In this document: in pieces, positions 8,242-17,181 of the stretch
Position numbering within the stretch: the first letter of the stretch is position 1
Layout of the letters: the number at the start of each line of letters is the position of its first letter
DNA from: Collinsella sp.
GTDB taxonomy: Bacteria; Actinomycetota; Coriobacteriia; Coriobacteriales; Coriobacteriaceae
Direction of reading: 5' to 3'
Assembly: GCA_019419625.1 (NCBI GenBank)
Contig: DXZO01000005.1
Span: 7,587 to 71,586, forward strand
Length of the DNA stretch: 64,000 bases
Notes under the pieces: model-generated
Told to the model about the DNA's origin: nothing
Databases searched by the model: none
What the model saw: only the letters and a program-made list of their open reading frames with translations
Made by a program: the position numbers and the translations under genes

Positions 8242-9654
8242 TTATACCTCGTCGTCCTCGTGCAGACGGCGGCGATAATCGGCGGCCCAGCCCTCAATAT
8301 TTACCTGACGGGCGCGGCCCAGACCGAGTGCGTCTGCCGGGACCGGATCGGTGATGACGGAGCCGGCGGCCACGAGCGCGCCGTCGCCGATCTGGGCGGG
8401 CGCGACCATCATGGTGTCGGAGCCGATGAAGGCGTCCTTGCCGATGACGGTCTTGTGCTTGTGCACGCCGTCGTAGTTGCAGGTGATGGAGCCCGCGCCC
8501 ACGTTGACGCCGGAGCCCATGGTGGTGTCGCCGATGTAGGACAGATGCGGCACCTTGGAGCCCTCGCCGATCGTGGACTTCTTGATCTCCACGTGCGTGC
8601 CGGCTTTGGATCCGTCGAGCATGTGGGTGCCCGGGCGCAGGTAGGCGCGCGGGCCGCAGTCGACGCCGTTCTCGATGACGGCCTCGATGGCGATGGTCTC
8701 GTCGATGACGCAGCCGCTGCCGACGGTGGTGTCGGTGAGGCGGCTGTTGGGGCCGAGCTGGCACTCCTCGCCCACGGTGACGTGGCCGATCAGGTGCGTC
8801 TGCGGCCACACGACGGTGTCGCGGCCGATGACGGCGTCGGGGCCGATCCAGGCCTGCGTGGGGTCGATGAAGGTAACGCCCTCGGCCATCCAGTGCTCGT
8901 TGATGCGGTCGCGCGCAATGGCGGTAAGCTGTGCGAGCTGGATGCGGCTGTTGACGCCCAGGCCGTCGCGGTAGTCGTCGCAGTGGAAGATAGAGACTGC
9001 CTGGCCGTGGCCCTTGAGGATCTCGAGCATGTCGGGCAGGTAATACTCGGACTGCGCGTTGTCGTTGCCGATCTCGTCAATGTGCGCGGCGAGCTGTGCG
9101 CCGTCGAAGGCGTAGCAGCCGGCGTTGCACTCGAGCAGCGTGGCGGCCTGCTCGGGCGTGCAGTCCTTCTGCTCGATGATGCGCTCAATCTGGCCGTCGG
9201 CGCCCAGCTTGATGCGGCCGTAGCCGAAGGGGTCGGGCGGGGTCATGGTCATGACGGTGCAGGCGAGCTCGCCGGTGGCGACGGTCTGCGCGAACTTGGC
9301 GACGGTGTCGGCGGTGATGAGCGGCAGGTCGCCGTTGAGCACGACGACCGGGCCTTGCGTGATGCCGCAGGCCTCGAGTGCGACCTTTACGGCGTGGCCG
9401 GTGCCCAGGCGCTCGGTTTGCTCGACGCACTCGACCTTGGTGGCGCTGTTGGCGTAGGCGCCGTCGATAAGGGCGCGCATCTCGTCGGCGTGGCTGCCGA
9501 TGACGACCACGACGCGGCTGCAGCCGGCCTTGATGGTGGCGTCGACGATCCACTGGACCATGGGCTTGCCCAGGATCTTGTGCGAAACCTTGCAGTGGTT
9601 CGACTTCATGCGGGTGCCCTCGCCGGCGGCGAGGATAATTGCGGTTGCGTCCAT
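8242..9654 (-). CDS. glmU: Bifunctional UDP-N-acetylglucosamine pyrophosphorylase / glucosamine-1-phosphate N-acetyltransferase
   Basis: Starts MDATAIILAAGEGTRMKS and has C-terminal left-handed beta-helix hexapeptide repeats. Start set to the ATG at 9654 (AGGAG SD). The 70 upstream codons of ORF 8242..9864 look non-coding. The glmU-prs-pth order is the classic Gram-positive arrangement. Confidence 0.9.
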   Translation of the reverse strand: MDATAIILAAGEGTRMKSNHCKVSHKILGKPMVQWIVDATIKAGCSRVVVVIGSHADEMRALIDGAYANSATKVECVEQTERLGTGHAVKVALEACGITQGPVVVLNGDLPLITADTVAKFAQTVATGELACTVMTMTPPDPFGYGRIKLGADGQIERIIEQKDCTPEQAATLLECNAGCYAFDGAQLAAHIDEIGNDNAQSEYYLPDMLEILKGHGQAVSIFHCDDYRDGLGVNSRIQLAQLTAIARDRINEHWMAEGVTFIDPTQAWIGPDAVIGRDTVVWPQTHLIGHVTVGEECQLGPNSRLTDTTVGSGCVIDETIAIEAVIENGVDCGPRAYLRPGTHMLDGSKAGTHVEIKKSTIGEGSKVPHLSYIGDTTMGSGVNVGAGSITCNYDGVHKHKTVIGKDAFIGSDTMMVAPAQIGDGALVAAGSVITDPVPADALGLGRARQVNIEGWAADYRRRLHEDDEV

Positions 9655-9853
9655 GTGATCTCCTGTTACGTTATAGAGACGTGTGTTTGGAAACGATACA
9701 CGGCACAATATGATACCGCAGGCATATGATGAGCGCGTAACGATTGGTTTGCGGCGGTTGAGGCTTGCGCCGCCGGCGTGGCGTTTGCACTGCTTGCGTG
9801 CGGCGTTGGCGGTGCTGCGGAGCTGTTGTTTGAGCGAGGGGACGGGGGTGCCC

Positions 9854-10741
9854 GTGGACAACATACGAGAGGAGTTTGGCGGCGAGCCCGTCGCGGCATT
9901 CTCGATGTCGCACCCAGCGGTGCCTGCGCTCTACATGGCGCTAACGCTGGGGCTCACTATGTTCTCGATGCAGCCGGTACTGATTGCGCTGTCACTTGCG
10001 GGCGGGCTGGCGTACGGGCTTGCGACGCGCGGTGCTGCGCGCACGTTGGGGGCGCTTCGCTGGCAGCTGCCGGTGATTTTGATTATCGCGCTGGTCAATC
10101 CTCTGTTTAGCGCCTCGGGCTCGACGGAGCTGTTCCGTATTGGTATGCGCGCGGTGTATCTGGAGAGCATGGTATACGGCCTGTGCATGGGCGGCCTGTT
10201 TGTGGCGAGCGTGCTGTGGTTTGGGGCCGCGGCGTCGATGCTCGAATACGACAAGGTGCTCGCGCTGCTGGGTAATGCCGCACCGGTGATTGCGCTCATG
10301 ATCTCGATGTGCATGAGGCTTATCCCGCAGTTTTTGCGCCGCGGTCGTACGGTGCTGGCGGTGCAGGATGCGATTGATGTGCCGGGCCGCGCGCCGGCCG
10401 ACCCCGTACGCTCGCGCCTGCGGGCGTCGAGCGTGTTGATGGGCTGGGGCATGGAAGATTCGCTGGAGCGCGCGGACGCGATGCGCTCGCGCGGGTGGGG
10501 TGCCGCGACGCGTCGTACGACGTATGCGCGGTATCGACTGGGGCGCAGCGACGTTGCCGCGCTGGTTGGGCTTGCGCTGTTTGGCGTGGTCACGGTGGCA
10601 GTGGCGTGGACCGCGACGACGCAGTATTCGTTTTATCCGCAGCTCTCGGTGCCGGCGCCGTGGCCGGGCTATGTCGTGTACGCTGCCTGGATGGTGCTGC
10701 CTTGCGCGTTGCACGCGATTGATGAGAAGAGGTTTGGCTGA
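9854..10741 (+). CDS. ecfT: ECF transporter transmembrane (T) component, CbiQ family
   Basis: Multi-TM protein directly upstream of a fused ECF ATPase, overlapping it by 1 nt (TGATG). The start is uncertain: the GTG at 9854 (G-rich SD) keeps the F-x-x-HP N-terminal motif, and the ATG at 9905 is the alternative. Confidence 0.7.
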   Translation: MDNIREEFGGEPVAAFSMSHPAVPALYMALTLGLTMFSMQPVLIALSLAGGLAYGLATRGAARTLGALRWQLPVILIIALVNPLFSASGSTELFRIGMRAVYLESMVYGLCMGGLFVASVLWFGAAASMLEYDKVLALLGNAAPVIALMISMCMRLIPQFLRRGRTVLAVQDAIDVPGRAPADPVRSRLRASSVLMGWGMEDSLERADAMRSRGWGAATRRTTYARYRLGRSDVAALVGLALFGVVTVAVAWTATTQYSFYPQLSVPAPWPGYVVYAAWMVLPCALHAIDEKRFG

Positions 10742-12384
10742 TGGCTCGGTTTGATAGGAGCTCGGCGGCGGGTGTGGCATATGGCTCGGCCGCGCCGGCG
10801 ATTGAGGTGCGAGGCCTTAGTTTTGCCTATCCCGGGGCCGAGGCACCGGTGCTCGAGGGGCTTGATTGGCGTGTTCCCCAAGGTGCATTTGCGCTGCTTG
10901 TTGGCGGTACCGGTTCGGGTAAGTCGACGCTGCTGTCGCTGCTCAAGCCCGAGATCGCTCCGGCGGGCGAGCGCACTGGTGATGCGCGCGTGCTGGGCGA
11001 GCCCGTCGCCGACATGGACGTGCGGGCATCGGCGGAGCGCGTGGGCTATGTGTTCCAGGATCCCGAGAACCAGATCGTGTGCGAGACCGTGTGGCACGAG
11101 ATGGCGTTTGGCCTGGAAAACTTGGGGCTAGCGCGTGATGAGATGCGCCGCCGCGTAGCTGAGACCAGCTATTTCTTTGGGCTGGAAGATTGGCTTCACC
11201 GCGATACTGACACGCTTTCGGGTGGTCGCAAACAGTTGCTGTCGTTGGCGGCCGTTCTGGCGCTGCGCCCGCGCGTGCTGCTGCTCGACGAGCCCACGTC
11301 TCAGCTCGATCCCGTTGCCGAGAAGAATTTCCTGCACGCGCTGTTTCGTGTGAATCGCGAGCTGGGCTGCACGGTTGTTGTGGCGACGCATCAGCCGCGC
11401 CCAATGCTCGAATACGCGACGTGTGCGTACCGGATTGAGGACGGTCGCGTGCGCGAGGTGGCGGATATGGCTTCTTTGGGACGCCGAGAATCGCTGTTTT
11501 CCGATGACATGTTGGGGTGGGGTGCCATCCGATGTGCAAAAAACGGAGTATTCAGCAGGCGTGAGGACAATTTGGACTCTCTGGAGCCGCCCAGGGACGT
11601 ATCGAGCGCGAAAAAAAGTTCGGAATTGGACAAATCGTCCGAATTTGTGGCGCAAGCGTCGCTCGAGAACGGCTCGGAAGCCTTCCCGCGCACGGATGGA
11701 AGCAGAATACTCCAAAAAATGCACGCTGGGTCGGCTACCACCCTGGCAGGGAGCTGGTTTCGCTACGATCGCGCGGGCGGTTGGGTGCTGCGCGGTCTCG
11801 ACGTGGCGTTTTCGGCCGGTGCGGTGCATGCGATCGTGGGCGGCAACGGATGCGGTAAGTCGACGATGCTCTCGGTGCTGGCGAAGACCGCCAAGCTGCA
11901 GCGCGGCCGCATGGTGCGCGGAGCGGCCTCGGCGGCGCTGCTGCCTCAGAACCCCAAAGCATTGCTGGTTGCCGAGACGGTTCGCGATGAGCTGATGGAA
12001 TGGGCCTCGACCTGCGGATATGACGAGAACTTGGCGCGGGAGCGTGCGGCGAGCTTGGGGCTGTCGGGTCTGGATGGGCGCCACCCCTACGATCTTTCGG
12101 GCGGACAGCGTCAACTGCTTGCATTGGCAAAACTGCTGCTAATCGGCCCCGAACTGCTATTGCTCGATGAGCCCACCAAGGGTCTAGACCTGTTCAGCCG
12201 CCGCATCATCGCTCGCGCCCTGCGTGACCATGCGAAGGTTGGTGGCACCGTCATCATGGCCACGCACGATTTGGATTTTGCCGAGCAGGTTGCCGATGGC
12301 GTTGCCATGATGTTCGACGGTGAGATTGCCTGCATGGAGCCGCCGGCCGACTTCTTTGCCGACAACGTGTTTTATAGGGCGTGA
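10741..12384 (+). CDS. Fused double ABC ATPase of an ECF transporter (EcfA1-EcfA2 type)
   Basis: Two Walker A sites (GGTGSGKST, GGNGCGKST) and two signature/Walker B sets (LSGGRKQ...LLLDEPT, LSGGQRQ...LLLDEPT). They are separated by a ~100-aa Ser/Glu-rich linker. Confidence 0.88.
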   Translation: MARFDRSSAAGVAYGSAAPAIEVRGLSFAYPGAEAPVLEGLDWRVPQGAFALLVGGTGSGKSTLLSLLKPEIAPAGERTGDARVLGEPVADMDVRASAERVGYVFQDPENQIVCETVWHEMAFGLENLGLARDEMRRRVAETSYFFGLEDWLHRDTDTLSGGRKQLLSLAAVLALRPRVLLLDEPTSQLDPVAEKNFLHALFRVNRELGCTVVVATHQPRPMLEYATCAYRIEDGRVREVADMASLGRRESLFSDDMLGWGAIRCAKNGVFSRREDNLDSLEPPRDVSSAKKSSELDKSSEFVAQASLENGSEAFPRTDGSRILQKMHAGSATTLAGSWFRYDRAGGWVLRGLDVAFSAGAVHAIVGGNGCGKSTMLSVLAKTAKLQRGRMVRGAASAALLPQNPKALLVAETVRDELMEWASTCGYDENLARERAASLGLSGLDGRHPYDLSGGQRQLLALAKLLLIGPELLLLDEPTKGLDLFSRRIIARALRDHAKVGGTVIMATHDLDFAEQVADGVAMMFDGEIACMEPPADFFADNVFYRA

Positions 12385-12388
12385 TGGG

Positions 12389-13102
12389 ATGACGGATTAT
12401 CGCGTCGCGCGCCCGCTCGCAAAACTGGAGATCCCGCTTCTGCTGGCGGTGCCAGCCGTGATGGCTGCGGCGTTGCTGGCGGGCGTTGAGCAGGCGGCGC
12501 TTGCCATGCTTGTCGTGGTGGCACTGGTGCTTGCGCTGTTCTTTGCGGGCTACGAGGCGTCGCGACCGGGTCTGCGCCAGATTATGCCAACGCTGGTTCT
12601 GGCGGCGTTGGCCGCGGCGGGGCGCATCTTGTTTGGCCCCATTCCCGACTTTAAACCGGTGAGCGCCATCGCCATTATCGCGGGGGCGACGCTTGGTTGC
12701 CGCAATGGTTTTATGGTTGGCGCGCTGGCGGCGCTGACCAGCAATTTCTTTTTTGGACAGGGCATGTGGACGCCGTGGCAGATGTATGCCTGGGGGCTCG
12801 TGGGATACGTTGGCGGTGCGCTGGCGCATGCCGGCGCTTTTGATCGCGCCGATGGCACCGTGCGTATGCCGGCGCTGATGGCGTACGGTTTTGCTTCGGG
12901 CCTGCTCTACGGCGTGGTAATCAACGCCTACGACATCATCGGTTTTGTGCAGCCGCTCACGTGGGCGGGCGCCGTGGCGCGTCTTGCCACGGCGGTGCCG
13001 TTCGATATCACGCACGGCCTTGCGACCTGCGTGTTCTTGGCCGCCCTCTACAAGCCTTGGTGTCGACGGATCAACCGCGTCGTCGTGAAATACGGGCTGT
13101 AG
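12389..13102 (+). CDS. ECF transporter substrate-specific (S) component, substrate unknown
   Basis: 237-aa protein of about 6 TM helices, 5 nt after the ATPase stop. Contains NFFFGQGMWTPWQMYAWGLVGY. Start at the ATG at 12389. Confidence 0.65.
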   Translation: MTDYRVARPLAKLEIPLLLAVPAVMAAALLAGVEQAALAMLVVVALVLALFFAGYEASRPGLRQIMPTLVLAALAAAGRILFGPIPDFKPVSAIAIIAGATLGCRNGFMVGALAALTSNFFFGQGMWTPWQMYAWGLVGYVGGALAHAGAFDRADGTVRMPALMAYGFASGLLYGVVINAYDIIGFVQPLTWAGAVARLATAVPFDITHGLATCVFLAALYKPWCRRINRVVVKYGL

Positions 13103-13141
13103 GGCTGGTTGCGCCGGGCGGGAATCAATGCTGCTTCGGTG

Positions 13142-13307
13142 CCATTTCAAAACTATGCCGGTTTACGGGGCCAGATTGGCACAAGCAGACCATGCCGGCT
13201 ATTTTTGAAATAGAGCAAGCCGTTTACCTGCGGTTTTATTATTTCGGAATTGCGTATGGTTGGGGGTTCGCGATTTAGCCCCGTAAACTGGCATAGTTTT
13301 AAAATGG
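13142..13307. repeat. 166-bp MITE-like mosaic element (type A) with 29-bp terminal inverted repeats
   Basis: CCATTTCAAAACTATGCCGGTTTACGGGG (13142-13170) versus the reverse complement of 13279-13307, with 2 mismatches. An inverted copy lies at 28733-28898. Confidence 0.85.
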
Positions 13308-13332
13308 CCGGCTGATATGACGGGCGTCGTGA

Positions 13333-13636
13333 CCCTCAAGAGCCAAATTGATCCGTTTTCTTCCGTCTCCAGACGCCCCCGGGGAATCAGCTGAACTCGC
13401 CCGCCACGAAATCGGCCTATCTACTACGTTTGGCCCGACACCCCCAAACACAACCGTGTTTTATGAAAAACCGTAGGCTTTCTACCTGCGGTTTTCTTTT
13501 TGCGTTGTTCACTGTGGTTGAGGGTGGTGGCTTAAACGTAGTAGATGGGCGTGTTTCGTGGCGGATGGGTCACGTGGATACCCTCACGAGGCCCAAAACG
13601 ATCCGTTTTCCTCCGTCCCCAGGAGATCAGTTGGGG
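13333..13636. repeat. ~300-bp mosaic element (type B): direct-repeat ends, internal inverted repeats, terminator-like core
   Basis: GATCCGTTTTCYTCCGTCYCCAG is a direct repeat at both ends. CCGCCACGAAATCGGCCTATCTACTACGTTT and AAACGTAGTAGATGGGCGTGTTTCGTGGCGG are inverted. The core AAAACCGTAGG..CCTGCGGTTTTCTTTTT is a hairpin plus T-run. A related copy lies at 28484-28700. Confidence 0.8.
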
Positions 13637-14455
13637 CTAGAGCTCTAGGGTGAGGGTGACGGGGCAGTGGTCGCTGCCAAAGATGTCGCCGCGGATGCCC
13701 GTGTCGCGCACGTTGCCGGCGATTGCGTCGCTTACCAGGAAGTAGTCGATGCGCCAACCGGCGTTGTTCTTGCGGGCGTTAAAGCGATAGCTCCACCAGC
13801 TGTAGACGCCCTCGACGTCGGGGTTTGCCGTGCGCCAGGTATCGGTAAACCCGGCGTTGAGCAGCTCGGTAAACTTGCCGCGCTCTTCGTCCGAAAAGCC
13901 GGCGTTGCCGCGGTTGGATTTGGGGTTCTTAAGGTCGATCTCCTCGTGCGCCACGTTAAAGTCGCCGCAGGTTACGACGGGCTTACCGGTCTCGCGTTCA
14001 AGCGCGCTCAAAAAGTCGCGATAGGCATCGTCCCAAGCCATGCGTACATCGATGCGGGCGAGTTCGTTTTGCGCGTTGGGAGTGTAGACATCCACAAACC
14101 AGAACTTGTCGAACTCCAGCGCGCAGACGCGGCCCTCGGTTACGGCTTGGGTGACGAGTGCGGCCGCCTTGTCCTCGCCGGCGTAGGGTAACAGCGCGTC
14201 GGCGTGCAGCACGCGCAGCGGTTCCTGGCGGCTAAAGACCGCAGTGCCCGAATAGCCTTTACGCTCGGCGTAGCTCCAGGTTTGGTGATAGCCGGGCAGG
14301 TCAATATCGACCTGGCCTTCTTGCAACTTGGTCTCTTGCAGCGCCAGGATATCGACGTCGAGTTCTTGCGCGATCTGGATAAAGCTCGGGTCCTTTTTGA
14401 GGACGGCGCGCAGGCCGTTGACGTTCCACGAGGCGAAAGTGTAAGTCTGAGGCAT
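13637..14455 (-). CDS. xth: Exodeoxyribonuclease III
   Basis: 272 aa. Starts FASWNVNGLRA, with LQETK, a GDFNVAHEEIDL region and SDHCPV at the C-terminus. Confidence 0.9.
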   Translation of the reverse strand: MPQTYTFASWNVNGLRAVLKKDPSFIQIAQELDVDILALQETKLQEGQVDIDLPGYHQTWSYAERKGYSGTAVFSRQEPLRVLHADALLPYAGEDKAAALVTQAVTEGRVCALEFDKFWFVDVYTPNAQNELARIDVRMAWDDAYRDFLSALERETGKPVVTCGDFNVAHEEIDLKNPKSNRGNAGFSDEERGKFTELLNAGFTDTWRTANPDVEGVYSWWSYRFNARKNNAGWRIDYFLVSDAIAGNVRDTGIRGDIFGSDHCPVTLTLEL

Positions 14456-14590
14456 GGTGTCCTTTCGACGGGGTTGGCAGGCTTAAGATTAGCGCAACAG
14501 GGGCGGGGTGGGCTCCGCGCATGCTGACTTAAAGGTCGCATGCTGGGACATCGCCCGACGCCGCCCGATCAACAAGGACGGAGGACTCAT

Positions 14591-15343
14591 ATGACGCAGG
14601 CAATATCGGACCCCAGGCAGGCGTCCGCCGCGCTGGCGGATCTGTTTGACACCCACAAGCGCGTGGTCTTCTTTGGCGGCGCTGGTGTTTCCACGGCAAG
14701 TGGCATCCCCGATTTCCGCAGCGTGGACGGCCTGTATCACCAGCAGTTTGCCTACCCGCCCGAGACTATGCTCGCGCATAGCTTTTATGAGACACATCCG
14801 GCGGAGTTCTTCGACTTTTACCGCACCAAGATGATCGCGCTTAACGCTAAGCCCAACCGCTGTCACACCAAGTTGGCCGAGCTGGAGCGCGCCGGCAAGC
14901 TTGATGCCGTGGTGACGCAAAACATCGACGGCTTGCATCAGATGGCGGGCTCGCAGCGCGTGTTCGAGCTGCACGGATCGGTCCATCGCAACATTTGCCA
15001 GTCGTGCGACGCGGTCTATAGCGCCGAGTGGATTTGCTCGCGCGAGCACGAGGACGCCGCGGGCGTGCCCGTGTGCCCTGCGTGCGGTGGTCGCATCAAG
15101 CCCGATGTGGTGCTCTACGAAGAGCCGCTCGACGAGCATGTGTTGACCGGTGCCGTTGCCGCCATTGCCGCGGCCGATGCCCTCATTGTGGGTGGGACCT
15201 CGCTCGTGGTGTATCCGGCGGCAGGCCTTACGCGTTACTTTACTGGCGATACGCTGGCCATTTGCAATTTGGCGCCTACCGATCAGGATGCAAATGCCGA
15301 CCTGCTGATTTCTTGCGACATCGCGGCCGCGTTTGCGTTCTAG
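14591..15343 (+). CDS. cobB: NAD-dependent protein deacylase (Sir2 family)
   Basis: GAGVSTASGIPDFRS, TQNIDGLH and a Zn ribbon (CQSC...CPACGG). Start at the ATG at 14591 with a GGAGGA SD. Confidence 0.88.
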   Translation: MTQAISDPRQASAALADLFDTHKRVVFFGGAGVSTASGIPDFRSVDGLYHQQFAYPPETMLAHSFYETHPAEFFDFYRTKMIALNAKPNRCHTKLAELERAGKLDAVVTQNIDGLHQMAGSQRVFELHGSVHRNICQSCDAVYSAEWICSREHEDAAGVPVCPACGGRIKPDVVLYEEPLDEHVLTGAVAAIAAADALIVGGTSLVVYPAAGLTRYFTGDTLAICNLAPTDQDANADLLISCDIAAAFAF

Positions 15344-15438
15344 CCCGTGTGCGCGGATACAATAGAAAGACTGAGTGCAAAGCGACCCCGCCGCCAGCTC
15401 CCCAAGCTCGGCGGCGTGGGCATTTTAGGAGGATGTTC

Positions 15439-17181
15439 ATGGCGAACGACAGCAAGACATGGCGGTGCGGAAAGTATGAGCTCAGCTTTGACCGTCCGCG
15501 CATCATGGGCGTCCTCAACGTGACGCCCGATTCGTTTAGCGATGGCGGGGAGCACTTCGACCCGGATGCCGCCATCGAGTACGGCCTGGCGATGCTCGAC
15601 GCCGGCGCCGACATCATCGACGTAGGCGGCGAGTCCACGCGCCCTGGTTTTACCCCGGTCAACCCCGACGAGGAGGCTCGCCGCGTGCTGCCCGTGGTGC
15701 GCGCGCTGGCCAAGGAGGGCGCCATCGTCTCGATCGACACGCGCCACGTGGCGGTTGCCAAGGCGGCCGTGCGCTGCGGCGCCTCGATCGTCAACGACGT
15801 GACCGGCTTCACCGACCCCAAGATGGTCGAGTTTGTTAAGACGAGCACCTGCGGCGTCATCGTGATGCATGCCGGCGAGGTCGCCGCGCCCGCACGCACG
15901 CACGCAACGGTGCAGCTCGATACCTCGGCTGCGGCGTTTGTTGCCGAGAAGGCGCGCGAGGCGGCTGCCGAGGCCGCGCGCGAGGCCGAGAAGCCCACCC
16001 GCCGTCGTCGTGGCAAGCTGCTGGGCGAGCCTAAGCCGGAGGCCAAGCTTCCGGGCGGCGTGGTGCAGCCCTCGTTGCCGTTTGGCGATCCGGAGCCCGC
16101 GACCGAGCCTGCAAGCGAGCAGGAGACGCCGGCCGCCGAGCAGGCTGCTGCCGCCGAGACCGTCGCGCCCGCGCCCGAGGCCACCGAGGCCGCATCGGAG
16201 TCCAATGACCGCCTGGCCGCCATGATGCGCCGCAGCGCCCGCCGCGAGGAGGCCTACGTGCCCACCTCGCAGCTCCGCCGCTTCACCCTGCCCGATTCGG
16301 CGCCCATCATGCGCCGCGTCATGGGCTTTCTGTCCGACCAGGCCCGCGCGCTCATCCACGCCGGCGTGTCGCGCGACCGCATCTGCATCGATCCCGGCCC
16401 GGGCTTTGGCAAGACGGCCAACGAGACGGCCAACGAGGACATTGTCATCCAGCGCGAGACTGCCAAGATGGCGTCACTGGGCTATCCGCTCATGTGCGCT
16501 GTATCGCGCAAGCGCTTTGTGGGCGCCGTCTCGGGCGTGACCGAGGCCGCCGAGCGCGATGCCGCTACGTTTGGCGTGTGCCTGGGCGCCATCCAGGCCG
16601 GCGCCAACATCGTGCGCGTGCACGACGCCGCGGGCTTTGCGCAGTTCCTGAACGGCTACTGGGCGGTTGCCAAGCCGCAGCCGCGCCGCGCGTTTGTGGC
16701 CGTGGGATCCAACTTGGGGCATCGCTGCGACAACATCCGCGCCGCACGCGACATGATCGCCGAGATTCCACTTACCTGCGTGTCCAACTCCTCCAAGATC
16801 TACGAGAGCGAGCCGGCCTACGAGACGCGCCAGGACGCGTTTGCCAACGCCGTCATCGAGATCAAGACCGAGTTGGCGCCGCTGGTGCTGCTCGACGAGC
16901 TCATGAAGATCGAGGCCGAGCTGGGCCGCGACCGCTCCAAAAAGGCCAAGGCCAACGGTCCGCGCACCATCGACCTGGACCTGCTGTGGATGGACGGCGA
17001 GACCCACGGCGGCAAAAAGCTGCGCCTGCCGCATCCACTGATCGGCGAGCGCGACTTTGTGCTGGTGCCGCTTGAGGACCTGATGCACGACCCGGCGCGG
17101 TTCTTCCGCTACAACGGCGTCGAGGTCAAGGAGCCCGAGGATCGCGTGGGCCATATCGTGGGTGAATTGGGGCGTATGTAG
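15439..17181 (+). CDS. folP: Fused dihydropteroate synthase / HPPK (FolP-FolK) with a ~140-aa low-complexity insertion in the DHPS domain
   Basis: N-terminal DHPS motifs (IMGVLNVTPDSFSDGG, IIDVGGESTRPG, DPGPGFGKT). C-terminal HPPK motifs (AFVAVGSNLG, YESEPAY, GPRTIDLDLL, LPHP). AGGAGG SD before the ATG at 15439. The upstream part of ORF 15028.. overlaps cobB and is not coding. Confidence 0.88.
   Translation: MANDSKTWRCGKYELSFDRPRIMGVLNVTPDSFSDGGEHFDPDAAIEYGLAMLDAGADIIDVGGESTRPGFTPVNPDEEARRVLPVVRALAKEGAIVSIDTRHVAVAKAAVRCGASIVNDVTGFTDPKMVEFVKTSTCGVIVMHAGEVAAPARTHATVQLDTSAAAFVAEKAREAAAEAAREAEKPTRRRRGKLLGEPKPEAKLPGGVVQPSLPFGDPEPATEPASEQETPAAEQAAAAETVAPAPEATEAASESNDRLAAMMRRSARREEAYVPTSQLRRFTLPDSAPIMRRVMGFLSDQARALIHAGVSRDRICIDPGPGFGKTANETANEDIVIQRETAKMASLGYPLMCAVSRKRFVGAVSGVTEAAERDAATFGVCLGAIQAGANIVRVHDAAGFAQFLNGYWAVAKPQPRRAFVAVGSNLGHRCDNIRAARDMIAEIPLTCVSNSSKIYESEPAYETRQDAFANAVIEIKTELAPLVLLDELMKIEAELGRDRSKKAKANGPRTIDLDLLWMDGETHGGKKLRLPHPLIGERDFVLVPLEDLMHDPARFFRYNGVEVKEPEDRVGHIVGELGRM

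Noticed and set aside
9655-9853. THF or TPP riboswitch upstream of the ECF operon
   Set aside because: Only a vague resemblance (GAGCGCGUAACG) to remembered THF consensus. The key conserved blocks were not found. Kept only as a low-interest flag.
9655-9864. Upstream extension of glmU (540-aa version)
   Set aside because: GlmU homology begins at MDATAIILAAGEGTRM with an AGGAG SD. The extra 70 residues lie in the divergent promoter region.
13430-13648. Small ORFs inside the mosaic repeats that share peptides (FMKNRRxSTCGF, IRFPPSP) with ORF 28035..28691(-)
   Set aside because: The shared peptides appear in a different order and on different strands at the two loci. This is as expected from inverted nucleotide modules. 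There is no SD, and the conservation is at DNA level.
15028-15438. Upstream extension of the folP-folK ORF (717-aa version)
   Set aside because: It overlaps the 3' third of the sirtuin gene in another frame and is Arg/Cys-rich nonsense. A strong AGGAGG SD precedes the ATG at 15439, where the DHPS homology begins.
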